A DNA stretch of 64,000 bases from Patellaria atrata CBS 101060 (GCA_010093705.1 MU006091.1:1674001-1738000); one strand, 5' to 3'. Counted from the first letter of the stretch, positions 1 through 13,477 are shown. Notes: generated by a model from the letters alone, not told the origin. Translations and numbers: made by a program.

Positions 1-216
1 GAGACGGAAGGAGAGATTGTAGGTGTGCGATTTGTACACTTTGAGGCTGAATTGCTTCGGTCAGGCGAACATTGTTGTTGTTAGTGGTAGGTTGTGGTTC
101 TTAGGTTCTGTAGGATCTATCGGGGAAATAGTGGTAATGTAGGGAGAACATTTGGATTTCATTAGGAAGCTATGACTATGTACATGCGCCTCGTGACTTG
201 AGCCACCATTCCATCA

Positions 217-321
217 TCAACGGTGGAAAAAATTGAACCACCCGTTTGGAAGGCGCGAGGAGATCATGAAGGTATACAATTTGTACACCTTCAAGCCGAA
301 TTGCTTCAACCTGGCAAACAT
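217..321 (-). CDS. Putative 34-aa basic peptide (MFARLKQFGLKVYKLYTFMISSRLPNGWFNFFHR), preceded by apparent 5'UTR introns
   Basis: ATG in ACAATG context and double TGA stop. Upstream intron GTGAGT(404)...GCTAAC...AAG and TATA-like element near 600. A diverged copy at 1-72 shows several synonymous differences in this frame. Confidence 0.35.
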   Translation of the reverse strand: MFARLKQFGLKVYKLYTFMISSRLPNGWFNFFHR

Positions 322-2966
322 TGTTGGAGGTGGAGGTGCTTGTGATTCTACTTGTAGTGTTAGCTTGGATGGTCTGGTTTTATATATGCTTGTCGGGTAC
401 TCACTTGTGTGTGTTGTCTGTACGTGTCTTTCTTGTGTGGAGGTGGTGTTATTTGTGAACTATGAGGCTGTTAGATATCTATCTACTGCGTACAACAGTG
501 TGTGATAAGATAAGTACGTGCTAGAAGGGGATAGTAACTCACGATGTGGATAAAGAAGTTTCGTTGAAGAGTAGAAGGAGGCTGGAAGACTCGACATCGT
601 ATATATACTCCCCTTCACTTACTCACCTAACTGAAGCTCGCGAATTGGGGTGTCGGTTTCGAATGGACGTTTGTAAGGGAGGGGCCTGGTGACATCTTTG
701 GAAGTCGAGGAGGGAGGTACGGACTTCAGTAGATAAGCCCATTGTAAGGGTAGGTTGTTTGTATTGTCTCGGTGCAAGTGAACTCAGATTCATTCTCTTA
801 CAAGTATATACCTCTTTTTGTAGATCGTGCGATTGTCCGCTAATTGTAGCCTAGTTCTCTGGGTGAATGACGGTTATGGTATATTTCGCCTTCCCCTTTT
901 GTAGTTGGCTTCCATCTACATCTTTACGTCTGTAGTAGAGGTACTGGGGGACTGTTAGAATACAGTTTCGGGCGGCATTCAGTGCCTGTATGGTCAACTT
1001 CTATGCACGGACGGGACCTTTTTGTACTTGTTGATTTGGACATACAGAGGAGTTAGAAGTCACTACGAGGTGGAGTGTAAAGTAGGCGAGAAATTTGATC
1101 AAGGGGAGGAGATACTAAGATATCATTAAATTCAACTTGTTCTGAGATTGTCAAGATGTATAGAGCAGTGTTGAAAGTAATTCTACCTAGTTCCGGTTTA
1201 GAGACTCCATCCTAAACTCTCAATAGGGATTTTCCGTCACGGTTTCTCACTGCTTTCTTGATAGATGGAATTAGGCATTTTGAGCAAGGGATTACTGTGG
1301 CATACTTGCGCCTCCGTGAGTATCGGTCTAGAATTGAGCAGAAGCTAAGTAACAGAGGCAGTGCCGATGAAGGAGAGACCTTGGAGGGCTACGGATATAG
1401 GTAGCAGTAAGAGGATCAAGATTGGTACTATACGGTTGCTGTGTACCTGCGAAGTGACCTCTACCTACCTGTAAGTATAATATAACCATCACAAGCCCAT
1501 TTCACGCCCACCGAATCCATAGGAATGGAAGATATTTCTTTGCGCTATCGTACGCGTGGAAAGGGTATATAAGCAACGTTCCAAAAATCGCAAACGAAGT
1601 AGAGAGCATCGTATTTGATCAAAGGATTCTGCAATCGCGGATCAAGTGTGTGCTCTAAGCCTGAAAGAAACGTTCGCCCTTGTTACATGCGGTTGTCCGT
1701 CTGTGACAGCGTTCCTTGGGTGGAACACATAAGTTTATGGCTGTGCAGAAGGAATCCTTGAAATAATGGCCTTCGGAACGGTCCGAGCCATTGATATTAT
1801 CCTACGGGTTGGTAGACACGGAAGGGTTTCTCTAACCATGTAGAGGGCAGCTTTGGTGGATCCCATGCGAATAAATTCTATAAACTTATGTTGATACCGA
1901 TACTCGCGTCAGATTGTTGTGAAGTTGTCAATTATTCCACCTCGCCCGACTAATTCCCTACTCAGGGTTGAAGGCGCAAGGACGGCACCATCCTCTTGGA
2001 GCGTTTATTGCCATGGTAGAATTGCGGATACCTCAGCGTCATAATTGACTATCATAAGGCTGGTGTAGTCCTACCAGAGTATTGAATTTGGTGAATGTCC
2101 GTAGGTTGTAGAAAGGGGCAGTGCTGTCAATGTATGTCTAGTTGAAGGAATAGCCAAGAGTTGAGGACGCACACAAGCCACTCGTCGGAGTATTTTTACC
2201 CTATCTTCCAGTAATTGGTTGAAAACTTGAGAGACTTGAGAACATAGCTATCTATTCCTCTTGCAGGTATGTAAATTGTTCTATAACGATTATATCCGAT
2301 AAGAGAGATATAAAGTCAGTGCATCTGGAGAAGGCTGGGGCTGTGGTACGGATTCCTAGAACCGCTCCACTCATCTGTTGGGTCAATTCTCTCGCTATGA
2401 TCTAGTAGGTAAACCTCTATTTTGTGAGTTGGGCAGGATGAATGATAGCTTTATGGAAGTATAGTCAATACAACTCTGGATGATGAATTGCTGGGTGATG
2501 TTAAAAGGTTTGGGGTAACGGTTAGAACTAGATTGGGTCTATTCTGAAAGGAGTCGGCCTAGTGCTAGAACTGGAACTAGTGTAAATTGAACAGGGGCAA
2601 GACGATGACGAAATGCATCACAGTATTTTCCGACCTCACGGTGATTCCAATTATTTCATAAAGCATAGAGGGGATGAATTCGCACTGCCTTCGCATGCAT
2701 AGCCGCAATCCGGTGTAAAAGCATGAAAGTATACGAAGCCTAGTCCCCTTTACTGTTTCTAGCTTGCTATAAGTTACTGGCTAAGAGACCTTCGGCGAAA
2801 CTATCCGGATTTTTTTTAGAGATATAATAGTCAATAGAACTTAACACTTCGTTCTACCTGTACAATCATATAAATTCTGAAGACAGCTACTCCCGAAGTA
2901 GGAGGGACAATCACAGCATTTAAACCGACTTCTTCTCACATCTACATTTGAACAAATTCAACCATC

Positions 2967-4073
2967 ATGTCCTTCTTCAAGCGTTCATCTAAGGAGAAAG
3001 AACCATCGAGCAGTAGCAACACAAATGATGGAACTGCAGCACCAGAATGCACTATGGACAATTCTCTCCTCCGTCCACCTAGCTATGAGGATACCGAGCC
3101 TGACAAAAGGCGCTCCCGCAACTCATCCCCTCACTCTACTCATTCATATACCAACCCCGAAGGGTCCAGTAGTACCGGCGGCAACCTCACATCTCGGACT
3201 CTCTCCAAGCGTCCCATGCCCCTGAGCCTCGCTTTCCTCTTCGATCACCAGATCACCGTGGACTCTCTCAGCAGCTTCCTAATCCTGTACTTCTCGATTG
3301 ATCTGCTACACCCAGTACCCAAGCCAGATGATTTGTTCGCTTACCTTACTCCACTGGAGCTCCGTGGTTGGGTAGGATTAGGTCGGGCCATTTCACGGGG
3401 CCGCGACGTCGAATCTAGCGGACTCATGGCGGCCTGCAACCAGATAGGGATCTCAGCAGAGCACGTCAGCGAGCGCGTCATGCGCTTTTCAAACCGCGAG
3501 CGGATGCGCAGAACTGAATCGGCGGCATTAGGCACCGATAACGAAGCGCACGAAGCCATACGGAATCATCTACTGATCGTGAAGGTGCTGATTTCACGGC
3601 CGCGGCTCGGTGTTGGCACGTCACGACTGAGAGAAAGGAAAGTCGAATTGAATCGGAGGGTGGATGATCTGCTCAGTCTGTGGATTACACCCTATCTACG
3701 TTACCTGAGTGGAGAAAGCGATCAACCGTATCCGAATCTGCCGACGAATACCTTGAGGCAGCAGAGGAGCAGGGTTATGTGGGAGTATTTTGAGATGAGG
3801 GAAATTGTTAGAGAGCTCCCGGATATTATTTACAGTGGGACCGAGCCACCCTATTGTACTGGAGCGTTTAGACCGATTGATAATGCTTGGGGAATGCCTC
3901 AACCGGAACCAGTGACTGATTCAGAGGCGGATATCCAAGGTCTACGTCAGAGGAATAGCGTTTTAACGAAGAGAATAACAGAGTTACAGACCAGGATCAA
4001 CATCTTGAATGTAGGAGAGCCGGAATCTGCAGTTGGAGTTGATGTCGCCGAGCCACCACCATATGAGCGGTAA
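2967..4073 (+). CDS. Hypothetical 368-aa single-exon protein with PPxY motifs near both ends and a C-terminal coiled-coil-like segment
   Basis: Long uninterrupted ORF, ATCATG start context and TATAAA at ~2869. Contains PPSY and terminal PPPY. No family recognised. Confidence 0.7.
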   Translation: MSFFKRSSKEKEPSSSSNTNDGTAAPECTMDNSLLRPPSYEDTEPDKRRSRNSSPHSTHSYTNPEGSSSTGGNLTSRTLSKRPMPLSLAFLFDHQITVDSLSSFLILYFSIDLLHPVPKPDDLFAYLTPLELRGWVGLGRAISRGRDVESSGLMAACNQIGISAEHVSERVMRFSNRERMRRTESAALGTDNEAHEAIRNHLLIVKVLISRPRLGVGTSRLRERKVELNRRVDDLLSLWITPYLRYLSGESDQPYPNLPTNTLRQQRSRVMWEYFEMREIVRELPDIIYSGTEPPYCTGAFRPIDNAWGMPQPEPVTDSEADIQGLRQRNSVLTKRITELQTRINILNVGEPESAVGVDVAEPPPYER

Positions 4074-5597
4074 TGTCAAAAGAAAATTAAAAGAAACCTA
4101 TAGGGACAAGACCCAAGCACTGCTTAAAAGGCTAGATGTGGATGGACTACTCAAGCTGACCTAATTACTAAAATGCGGAGTAAGACAATGTGGAATACAA
4201 GACCATGATCATACATCCACACTCAGCTACTTTTTACTTTATAATCCTGCATAATCATACGCCTACCTCTTCAATCCTCATGGTTCTCTTTGTTGACTAT
4301 ACGCTTGTAGCAAGATATCTTCCGACTTGTAAAATAGGTAAGAGACGAGTTGGGCCGTATGTGGATATGTATACAGCAAGTATACAGTGAGAAATGAGCG
4401 CTAACTACAAAAAAGGAAGTGATATCGCAAGATGGCCGTCTTCTCAAGTGGGCTATATAAAGGAATACAAAGAATCAATTTTGTCGTGGCACACAAGCTT
4501 AGACTAATTGGCAAATCTTGTCTTCGGGCTACCGTGTTTTAACTCCCTGAGACGGTTCGAAAACTTAAGCTATGTCGCGCATACAACTAACTTCTTGATA
4601 ATATAGGAAATCTAATCCCAATATTTCTTATATTCAAATGATAGAGGGCAATGGAAAAAAACGTTGAACTTCTCTCCTCAACTTCGATCCTTGGAAGACT
4701 ACCTCCTTCCAGAAATGAAATCCAGAATGACCGATTCTCTCCCTTTTCTCCTTATACATTGGACTGAATCGAAGATGTCCAGTTAAATAGTGCCCGATCA
4801 AAGACGGATATGAAGTAATTTTACCCGTGAAAAGAAGCTTACTTCAAGATACGATCGGCAAGCTATAAAGCTCCAATGGTGCGAGTTTCATAATACACTC
4901 GACTTGATTTTGGCTTTCTAGAAGGCGAGTGGCGGGATAAAAACCACGTGGACCGGCTTTGAGAATTTTGCCTGATATTACTGACCAGGATAGTAACAGG
5001 GTACATATACCGAATCCCCCACAGTTCACCTGGTTCTATCACGGCACCTGAACCTCAGATGAAATACTTTGCGCCCAATTAATAATGTCCGGCACCAGTC
5101 TGGATCGTATTCACTCCTGCCAAGTGACCATAAAGTACCGTAAAGCTTCAATCTCTTAACTTAAACATTCCAGGGAACGCGAAGCACCCTGCGGCTATCG
5201 TCGACTTATATCACAGATCTAATTACAACGATTTCATCCCGGAGAGTGGATCTAATTGACTTTGACCGTCCTCCTTACCTTAATCTTATTAGCCGCAACC
5301 CCGGATTGTCGTTCAGGACATGCCTCGACGATGAATTGCGGGGGAATGTTTACTTCAAATTGGAAAATATATACAACTTTTATTCTGGCTTCGCGGTCCG
5401 GTACGGTGGGAAGTAGGGATGAGGGAAGGTCATGTTCTCTTCATCTACACCAGACAGATTGCGCTCATTAAAAATCCGTCTGAAAATGTGGTACTTTATC
5501 GCCCCTCAAAAGGGTCGGTGGCCACATAAAAGAGTCGTGTGTGCCCAATCTAGGATTGAGTCGTAGATTCCGGGTTTTTACAACTACAGAATTCATC

Positions 5598-7717
5598 ATG
5601 CGCGTGTCGACGTTGTTAGGGAGTGTTATTACGCTGGCCAGCGCTGGTAAGAAATCCCCTTTTATGTAGGAGGAGTGTCTAGTACTAAATATATTCCATA
5701 GTCTTCGCACAGTCCGTGTCTTATACCGACCCAGCTACGAGAATTGTTTACCAATCTTATACCAATTCAGATGGCATTTCGTTCCGCATTGCCCTGCCCC
5801 AAGAAGTGTCCACCAACTATGATGCTATCCTCCAGATCGTCAGCCCCGTGTCCAAACCATGGGTTGGGTTTGCATGGGGAGGCACCATGGTGTTTAATCC
5901 ATTGACACTTGGGTGGGCTAATGGTGCCGGCGTTACTTCCTCTTCAAGATTCGCATTGTGAGCTGTGTGTACTCTGCTTTGGGAGACATCTCAGACTGAT
6001 ATGCACTAGTGGTCTCAACACACCAGGTGCCTACGATGGGGAGACCCTCATCCCAATGAAGGGTTCAGGCACGAACAGCACCCATTGGACCATGACAGTT
6101 CTGTGCAAAGGATGCACCAACTGGACCGACAATGAGAACAACCCATATCTGTTGCCCGGAACCAGCACCTCCGTGACATTCGCATGGGCTGTAGGAAACT
6201 CCCCAGTCTACGAGCCCGCAAATAACCAATCGTATTTCGATGTCCATCAGAAATATGGCAAATGGACTCACAATCTGAACGCTGCTCGCAACTCACAGTT
6301 TCAGGGTTGGGTTACAGCAAATGCTCAACCCGCTACTACACCTGGAGGTCCGACAAGCACATCCACCAGTGCCGCCCCAATCTCCACAACCTCAAGCGCC
6401 GTGGTTGCAGGACCTTCAGGGGCTGTCCCAAGCTCTTGCGGTGCTCCTAACCCAAGATACAACCCAGTGCTCAAATCTGGATGGAAGGCTACCAAAGTCT
6501 TAGGCGGCATGACTAACCCCCGCTCTATCGTCTTCGATACCGCAGGTAACATGCTCGTCGTCCAATCCGGCAGGGGTATCTCCATCCACGGCATGTCTGC
6601 CAACGGCTGCGCGTCCGACACCAAGATGCTTATCTCGCAAAACAATCTCAACCACGGTATTGCATTCAGTGTTGATGGAAAGTATCTCTATGCCAGTTCC
6701 GCAACCCAAGTGCTAAGATGGAACTATGATGCTGCATCAAAGTCAGTGCAAGGAAGTTCTACCGTTGTTGTAAAAGGCATGTACCAAGGTATCCATACCA
6801 CACGTACATTGCTTATCGCCCCTCATCAACCCAACCTACTCTTGGTCTCTCACGGTTCCTCTTCGAACTGGGATTACCCAGTTAGCAACCCGACATCTGT
6901 ACCTCGCTCTGTTGTTAAGGTCTTCGATTTGAGCAAGGCACCAAGCGGTGGCTTCGACTGGATTCGTGACGGATGGTTAGCCGGATATGGTCTTAGAAAC
7001 GGTGTTGGTATCGCTTTTGATAATGGAAATATGTGAATCATCTTAACCTACCACTTTACTGTACTATGACTAACATAAACTAGGTTGTGGGAAGTCGAAA
7101 ACTCCGGCGACGATTTCACCCGCCGCGTTAACAACAACAACGTAGACATCCATATCGACAACCCGGCCGAAGAACTCAACTACATCGGCGACGTAACCAA
7201 GGACAACAGGAAGTGGTTCGGCTACCCGACATGCTTCACCGTCTGGCAGCCCCGCCAATTCACCGACACCACCTTCAAGGTTGGCGACCAGTTCGTCGTC
7301 GCGCCCAATAATACCTACAAGGATTCCAACTGCGTCGGCTCGTCTACTCAAGCCTCTCTCTCCTTCCAGGCTCACTCTGCCCCGATCGATCTCAAGTTCG
7401 ACTCCACCAGCAGCAATCTGTTCATCACCTTCCACGGCTCGTGGAACAGACAGCCGACGACCGGCTTCAAGCTCATCAATGTGCCGTTTACAAAGGCCGC
7501 GAATGGCGAATACAGACCCGTGGCGAACCCGGATAGCAACCAGGGTTGGGAGGATATCATGACGAACCCAGATGTAACGAGGTGCGTAGGTAACGGACCC
7601 GTGATGAGCCAGGGATGCTTCAGACCCGCTGGGTTGGGCTTCGATAAGAGCGGAAGATTATATATGACGAGTGATACCACGCAGGAGGGTGAGATTTGGG
7701 TGCTCGGGAAACAGTAG
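5598..7717 (+). CDS. Secreted AA8 (CDH-type cytochrome b) + AA12 (PQQ-dependent sugar dehydrogenase) two-domain protein
   Basis: Signal peptide MRVSTLLGSVITLASA; introns 5647-5701, 5958-6009, 7033-7083. Cytochrome domain with GFAWGGTM (Met ligand) and FDVH (His ligand), then a Ser/Thr linker. Beta-propeller motifs HTTRTL, GLRNGVG, NPAEELN, HSAPIDLKF, FHGSWNR. Confidence 0.9.
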
Positions 7718-8144
7718 GTCAATGTTACTGTGTAAATAGCAAGTTGTTTTAGAACCAGTAGGGCCTATCCTGTGGAGTCATCTGATAAAAGATAGATTGT
7801 TATTTTAAGATTGTGTCATATGTCGAGCAGCTCATTGCGGTTCGTGTTCTGATACCCATACACGAATTTTAATGGTGCCATTGAGAGTTCGAGAGAGCAA
7901 TATCATCGTTCAATATCATGATCATCACCTCCTAATACTATATGCGCGACCAAAGACTATGATGCACCCACCCCAATCCTATTGAACCAGTAATGTCCCA
8001 TTCATGTCAAATTCCCTTATCGCGTAGCTTAGCCCCCTCACAATTTAGACTACTAGCATCCCCTAGCAAAAAACCCGCGAAACCTCTATCTCTGATACCA
8101 AAGGAGTGCGTTGTCTTGACGTGGTAGTCTTGGACAGAGCCGTC

Positions 8145-9028
8145 CTAGACAACCTCAAGCACATCCTTACTCGAACTCCTCACCGGACTGACCTCCGGCG
8201 TGCCCGCTGCATCCACCCTCTCCCTCACCTCGACCGAGTCCCTGAGCGGTCTCGCGTCCTCCGCGCTAGCGCCTGACATCTCGCCGCCCTCGATACTCGT
8301 TTCCTGACCCAACAGGAAATACGCACCGGCGGTCTTGTCGCCGTGGTACTTGCTTCGGGGCTCTAAGGTGGGGGAGTCGAGGGAGCGGGAGCAGTGGGGG
8401 CAGGTGCCGGTGAAGTTCGAGAAGGAGAAGAGACGGAGTGGCAGGAAGGTGGCGAGGGTGCGGAGGGTGAAGATCGTGTGGACGATGCTTTGGTGATGTC
8501 AGTTTTTCGCTGCAGCTTTGCTATAGCAACCAACAGAAGAGGGAAGAGAAAGATGTGACAGTGAGGATAGGGGGGGAGATGGTTCGGGGAACTTAAGACT
8601 TACAAATTCACCAACAAAGGCATCGTGGCATAAGTCCCCAGAATTAAATTGTGATCTTCAGACCAGTAGTAACCCCTCTTCAAGCCTACAAACCAGGCGA
8701 AGAACAAACAGGTCAAGATGCTTAACCCGATAATTAGATCCGCCGCAAATATGCTTCCCGCTAGTAATGCACTCTTCGGCTTGCTCACCTTGCCCCCTAC
8801 ACCTGAGTGGGATGCATGTCGTGCCATGACGGTGTGGTGGTGTAGTATGATGAAGGAGAGCAAGGTTGAGAAGAGCTGGGGGACCAAGCCGATGGCCGGA
8901 AAGGCTTTGTGGGCGACACCTACATGTGCGAAGTTGAGGGCGAAGGCGGGGATGAAGGTGTAGATATTCAACTTGCGGAGGGCGAGGTCGAAAGCATCTT
9001 TATTCGATATCTCGTCTCTAGGAGCCAT
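8145..9028 (-). CDS. Hypothetical membrane protein (about 4 TM) with a CPHC motif in the C-terminal tail
   Basis: Exon 9028-8604, intron GTAAGT...CTGAC...AAG (8603-8488), exon 8487-8145 continuing in frame (FIVHTIFTL...TCPHCSRS...VLEVV*). Confidence 0.7.
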
Positions 9029-9757
9029 TTTCGATATCTCTTTTCTCGTAAACAAATATATCCCCTGACTGCTCTGATTGATCGATGGTGATTGTAAGTA
9101 TTTGACTTGGGATAATTATCAAAATCACAATAGAAGAGGATAGAACAAATTCAAATGACGGGCACAAATACAAGAAATGCTCTCAGCCTTTGTAGTTTTA
9201 TATTATTTACATCTGGTTTATGTTGACAATTGAAGGATTCAATGTGTTACGCGTCCCATGCCGGCGTAGAAGCATTCTAATTGGCTCTTGGCGAAGGCGC
9301 AGCGAACAACGTACATTCCAGACAATCAATCAGATGCTGGGCCATTAAATGGGCAGGCGTATTCGAAGTTCAGACACTGTTCGTTTTGCAATAAGCAACA
9401 GGTGGTTATTATACTTTTTTGTATTGTGAAATCAGCCTTATGGTGCAATTGCGCTACTTCTTTGGTTAGCATAAGAAATGCCACTACCGACTACTGCAAG
9501 TCGAACAGGATAGTGTTTAGAATGGTTGTACGGCATCGCATTTATGTAGACTTCTAGGATCGCCAAAAATCTACGCAGTACGGAGTATGTTAACATCCAT
9601 GACATAAGACTGTTCTGCAAAATAAGAGCATGAAAACGCCTGTAGAGGCTGTAGACATCAGTACCTTGCCAAAACTATCACAGTTGACACTAATCAGTAG
9701 AACTGACGTCGACTAGCCTTATCAGGGGCAAGTTGAACAAGATTTCGCGTGGACCAC

Positions 9758-11816
9758 TCAGAAAACGCGACCTTTAGTCTGCTTCAACCCTCTAACATCG
9801 ATGTTCTCCCAGACCAGGATACTGATAATAGCCACGGGCATGACAGCTGACCCTGCAATGGCGAGACGGCGCTGAACGATTCCATAAACTTTGACAATTG
9901 CGTCTCTTTCCGGACTGCCCCATTGATACGACAACTGTGTTGCTAGTGAGCCATAAATCAATGTTGCATTTTGCTTACTTGCTTCGGGCAGATGTTCCTC
10001 GAGGAGCGGAAGTAAAGAATTAGTCCAGATGGTTCCAGCGATGGATTGACCAATAGAGCCACCGATAGAGGAGAATAGACCGAGCAAGGCAAAAACTACG
10101 GCAATTTCATTATGGGTGACAACTGCCATGACAGCAATCTGCTGGCAAATGACGAGTGTACCACCAGCGAAAGCGATGAAAATTTGACACATTATAATGT
10201 ATCCTAGATGGGTGTGCGGATGGCGAAAGTGAACGAGGAGAGCTGTGCCTAAGGTAGTGAATGGTATGGCGATCATTGCGAGAAGCTTGAATTTTCCAGT
10301 CCAACGGATAATCCTATCATCATGATTAGCCTTCTTGCACAAGAAAATATAACCTCGTAGAGACAGATGACTTACAAACCAACAATTGGGGAGATGCCGC
10401 AAGCACCGAGCGTATAAATGTTGAGGACGTATCCCGCATCTCTGATGCTCAATTGATGCACAACTTGTAAATACGAGGAAAAGTAAATATCCCAGCAGCT
10501 GTCGAATGTCAGTATCAAATATAGAACATCGATAGCTAGTGCTTACTAAAAGCTCACGAATAGAGAACCGGAGAGAATGCATGCGCCTAAGATTGTTCGA
10601 TCTTTCATGTACCGAAACGGTAAGAAAGACACTGGCGCAAAGAACTTCTCCCAGATACCGAAAGCTATCAGAACTACGACGCCTAAAACGATCATAGCAA
10701 TGATATGCGCTGATTTCCACCTATTTAAGGACTGCGCAGCTAAGGTCAGGGGAAGTAATATCAGAGCAAAACCCGCAACCACGAGAAAAGTTCCGATAAC
10801 TAAAAATATTAGTGCACTACTTTAGACATTGTTCTAATTCTCTCACCGTCAAACTCTCTAATATAGTATATAAGAGACTGGGAGAAATTGCGACCTGAAG
10901 AGCCCCTCGGTGGAGCAATTCCTTGTTTCTTCGCTTTCATATGGTAGAAGACGAAGATTACGATTAGCGGAAGAGATATTATCAGAGTGATAATACTGAA
11001 GGCGCCAAAAGCCCATCTGAAATTGCTATGTTCGTAGAACTGTTGTGCCGCATCAGGCCCAGCAAAGGTGGTCGCGATATATGGAGTGCTAATAAGACCG
11101 AAGATAATCGAGCGATTCTTAACGGACGTCGCGTCGGACACGAGAACAGCTATAACGTAATTCATTCCATTGAATCCGACCCAGTAGAAAACCTATCATG
11201 TTTTAAGCATCCCCATTTGTAACTGAACAGAAAACACACCTGAGCTGCAGCATAAGTCTCTACGTTCTGGCAGACTGCCATCAAAACCAGGCCTGAGATA
11301 TCGTTAGCATCCTATTGACATTGATTAGAAGAGATAATACCAAGTGTACAGAAGAACAACATCAGGGAGAACCCTTCAACACGGCCCCAGATGTCTATCA
11401 GTTTTGCCAATGGAAGCCTGGTAACACCTGCAATAATCCCTGACATAACATTGGTGGTCGCGAGAAGGGAATGCTGATTAAATGAAGACGTAACATATGG
11501 GGCAAGATTCGATGTAATCTGCTGCTGTAGAGTATCTACGAAGCTGATGACATAGATTCTAGGAGATGTTAGCCACTACAATAATCAAAGAGTACAGACG
11601 ACAATACACGACAAAAGTTAGGACCATTGCTCTATTTGTCCATACGGATGTAATGGCCTCCACTTGTTTAACGCCGTCTTGTTTAACCTCAATTTCAAAT
11701 TCAACACCAACCCTTCTGTGTTCATGGTGTTGTGCTTCTTTGGACCCAGCATCGTGCGAATGCTTCGAGTCTGAGGCATCGAGCCTGGGAGCTCGTTTTT
11801 CATCAGCCTCAGCCAT
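9758..11816 (-). CDS. MFS siderophore-iron transporter (MirB/Str/Sit1 family), multi-exon
   Basis: Motifs QDGVKQVEAITSVW, PLAKLIDIWGRVEGF, DATSVKNRSIIFG, FRWAFGAF, YQWGSPERDAI and terminal KQTKGRVF. Pieces joined by several canonical introns. Confidence 0.9.
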
Positions 11817-12686
11817 ATGGAGAAGAAATCGAGGTTGAAAAGGATTAAAAATTCAGAACGAATGCAAACGCTTGCTATGAAGTTAGAATTCTCTCCGAAG
11901 CTTTTTATTTATGCACGAAGGCCGTGGGGGAAATGGAATCATATGTGAACTGGCAGTCCCAGGCCCAAGGGTCTGTTCACCCTCAGGCCAGATGGAAAAA
12001 TTATTTCCACGTTAATTAAGCAGCTAGTGGTGACACATGCAGTAGAGCGACAAGAACAAACCTGGATCTAGATTTGATCCATCATTGACTGATTTAGCGT
12101 TTCCTCCGATTATGGCGGGATTATTGAATTCAGTTGTAAGGGAAGAGAACATTTCAAGCCTCGGGGACAAGCAATGTAAGCGTTGACATGGTCGAGAAGC
12201 GAAGGTTCCCTTGCATGAATACCAGTATGCCGATAGGGTAGTATAAAGTACTTATATTTTGCACGTAGAAACAAAGATAAAAGAAATTCTCCGTGAAGGC
12301 CTTCTTAAGGAATTGGGATTGAAATCATTAACGTTTGGCTGATTGGAACTACTACCAAAGGAAACCAAAGAATGAAATAGATGCTCACACCACCCGTTCT
12401 GATGATGATGATATTGATGCAAATCTTGTCAAGGTGATCAGTAGTTCTTGAATCTTTAAAGAGAAAGGAGTATCTACCGAGAGAAGATATACTCTGCAGT
12501 TCTTCATAATCGAGCCGACCATCGTCAACTTGGGAATGGCCGGTTGTGTCAAGGGTGATAGACACCCAGTGACGCCGTCTCAACGGTTTTCGGGCATAGT
12601 GACAGTTGAAGGAAGGTCAATTGTATTTAGCTAGAGAGATCTTCCAACTTCCTTATGCGACATCGGATGGAATTGGTTGGCAAAGG

Positions 12687-12793
12687 ATCAGATAACCTAA
12701 TATCAACCCCCGTGGAGTCCTCCCTGGCTCATAGGCGACCACTCTCAGTCTCCGGCGAAAATTCTGATCTTATCGGTTCGATCGATTAGATAA
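12687..12793. promoter_or_regulatory. Cluster of GATA elements, putative SreA/Fep1 iron-repressor sites upstream of the siderophore transporter
   Basis: ATCAGATAA at 12687-12695 matches ATCWGATAA. Also CTTATC at ~12769-12774 and ATTAGATAA at 12785-12793, about 0.9 kb upstream of the ATG. Confidence 0.6.
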
Positions 12794-13477
12794 CATGATT
12801 CGCGCCACCAACATCGCCATCTAGCTATCGCTTGTAGCGATCCATAACTGAAATTCTTGTAAGAAGTGAATGAAAAATTGGTTTCCTTTTTCATCTTCTG
12901 CGTCTTCTATGGTATGCTACTCCGAGGTAAACTATGATAAAGACATTTTAAAGTAGTGACTCAGTTCGGATGTATTCACGAAGGGCGAGCCGACGTGTGG
13001 AAAGAGCAATTCGTGAGGCTGACGAGAAAACATTTCTCTCATTAGGATTTTTATATATGTTACTTTCCGTGAGGTAATCATTTGCTTCCAAATTGAAACT
13101 ACAATAATGGCGTCTACCTGCTAATGCATAGTGTCAAACATGAAAGAAACGATTATAATCTTGCTGTTACTTCTCCTTAATTGACGATATTTCATAACGG
13201 CTGACTGAACAACATATCAATCTAATCCGCTATATGACCACGACTAAACCCCCGCATCAAGAGAAAAGAACTTTCATTCTGTTCGAATACTACTTCAGTG
13301 AGCCGTCTCGTCGGAGGAGACCTCAGTCCGGAGCTCTTGAAGCCTAAGAATTGAGCTGACTTCCGCGAGTAAACCCAACCATGCTACTCCAATTGACGCG
13401 TATCTGACATCAGCGATGAGTTGAGAGGCGGAACTTATGTCACACATCAGTTACTATTCTGATCCTGGAAGAGGAAC

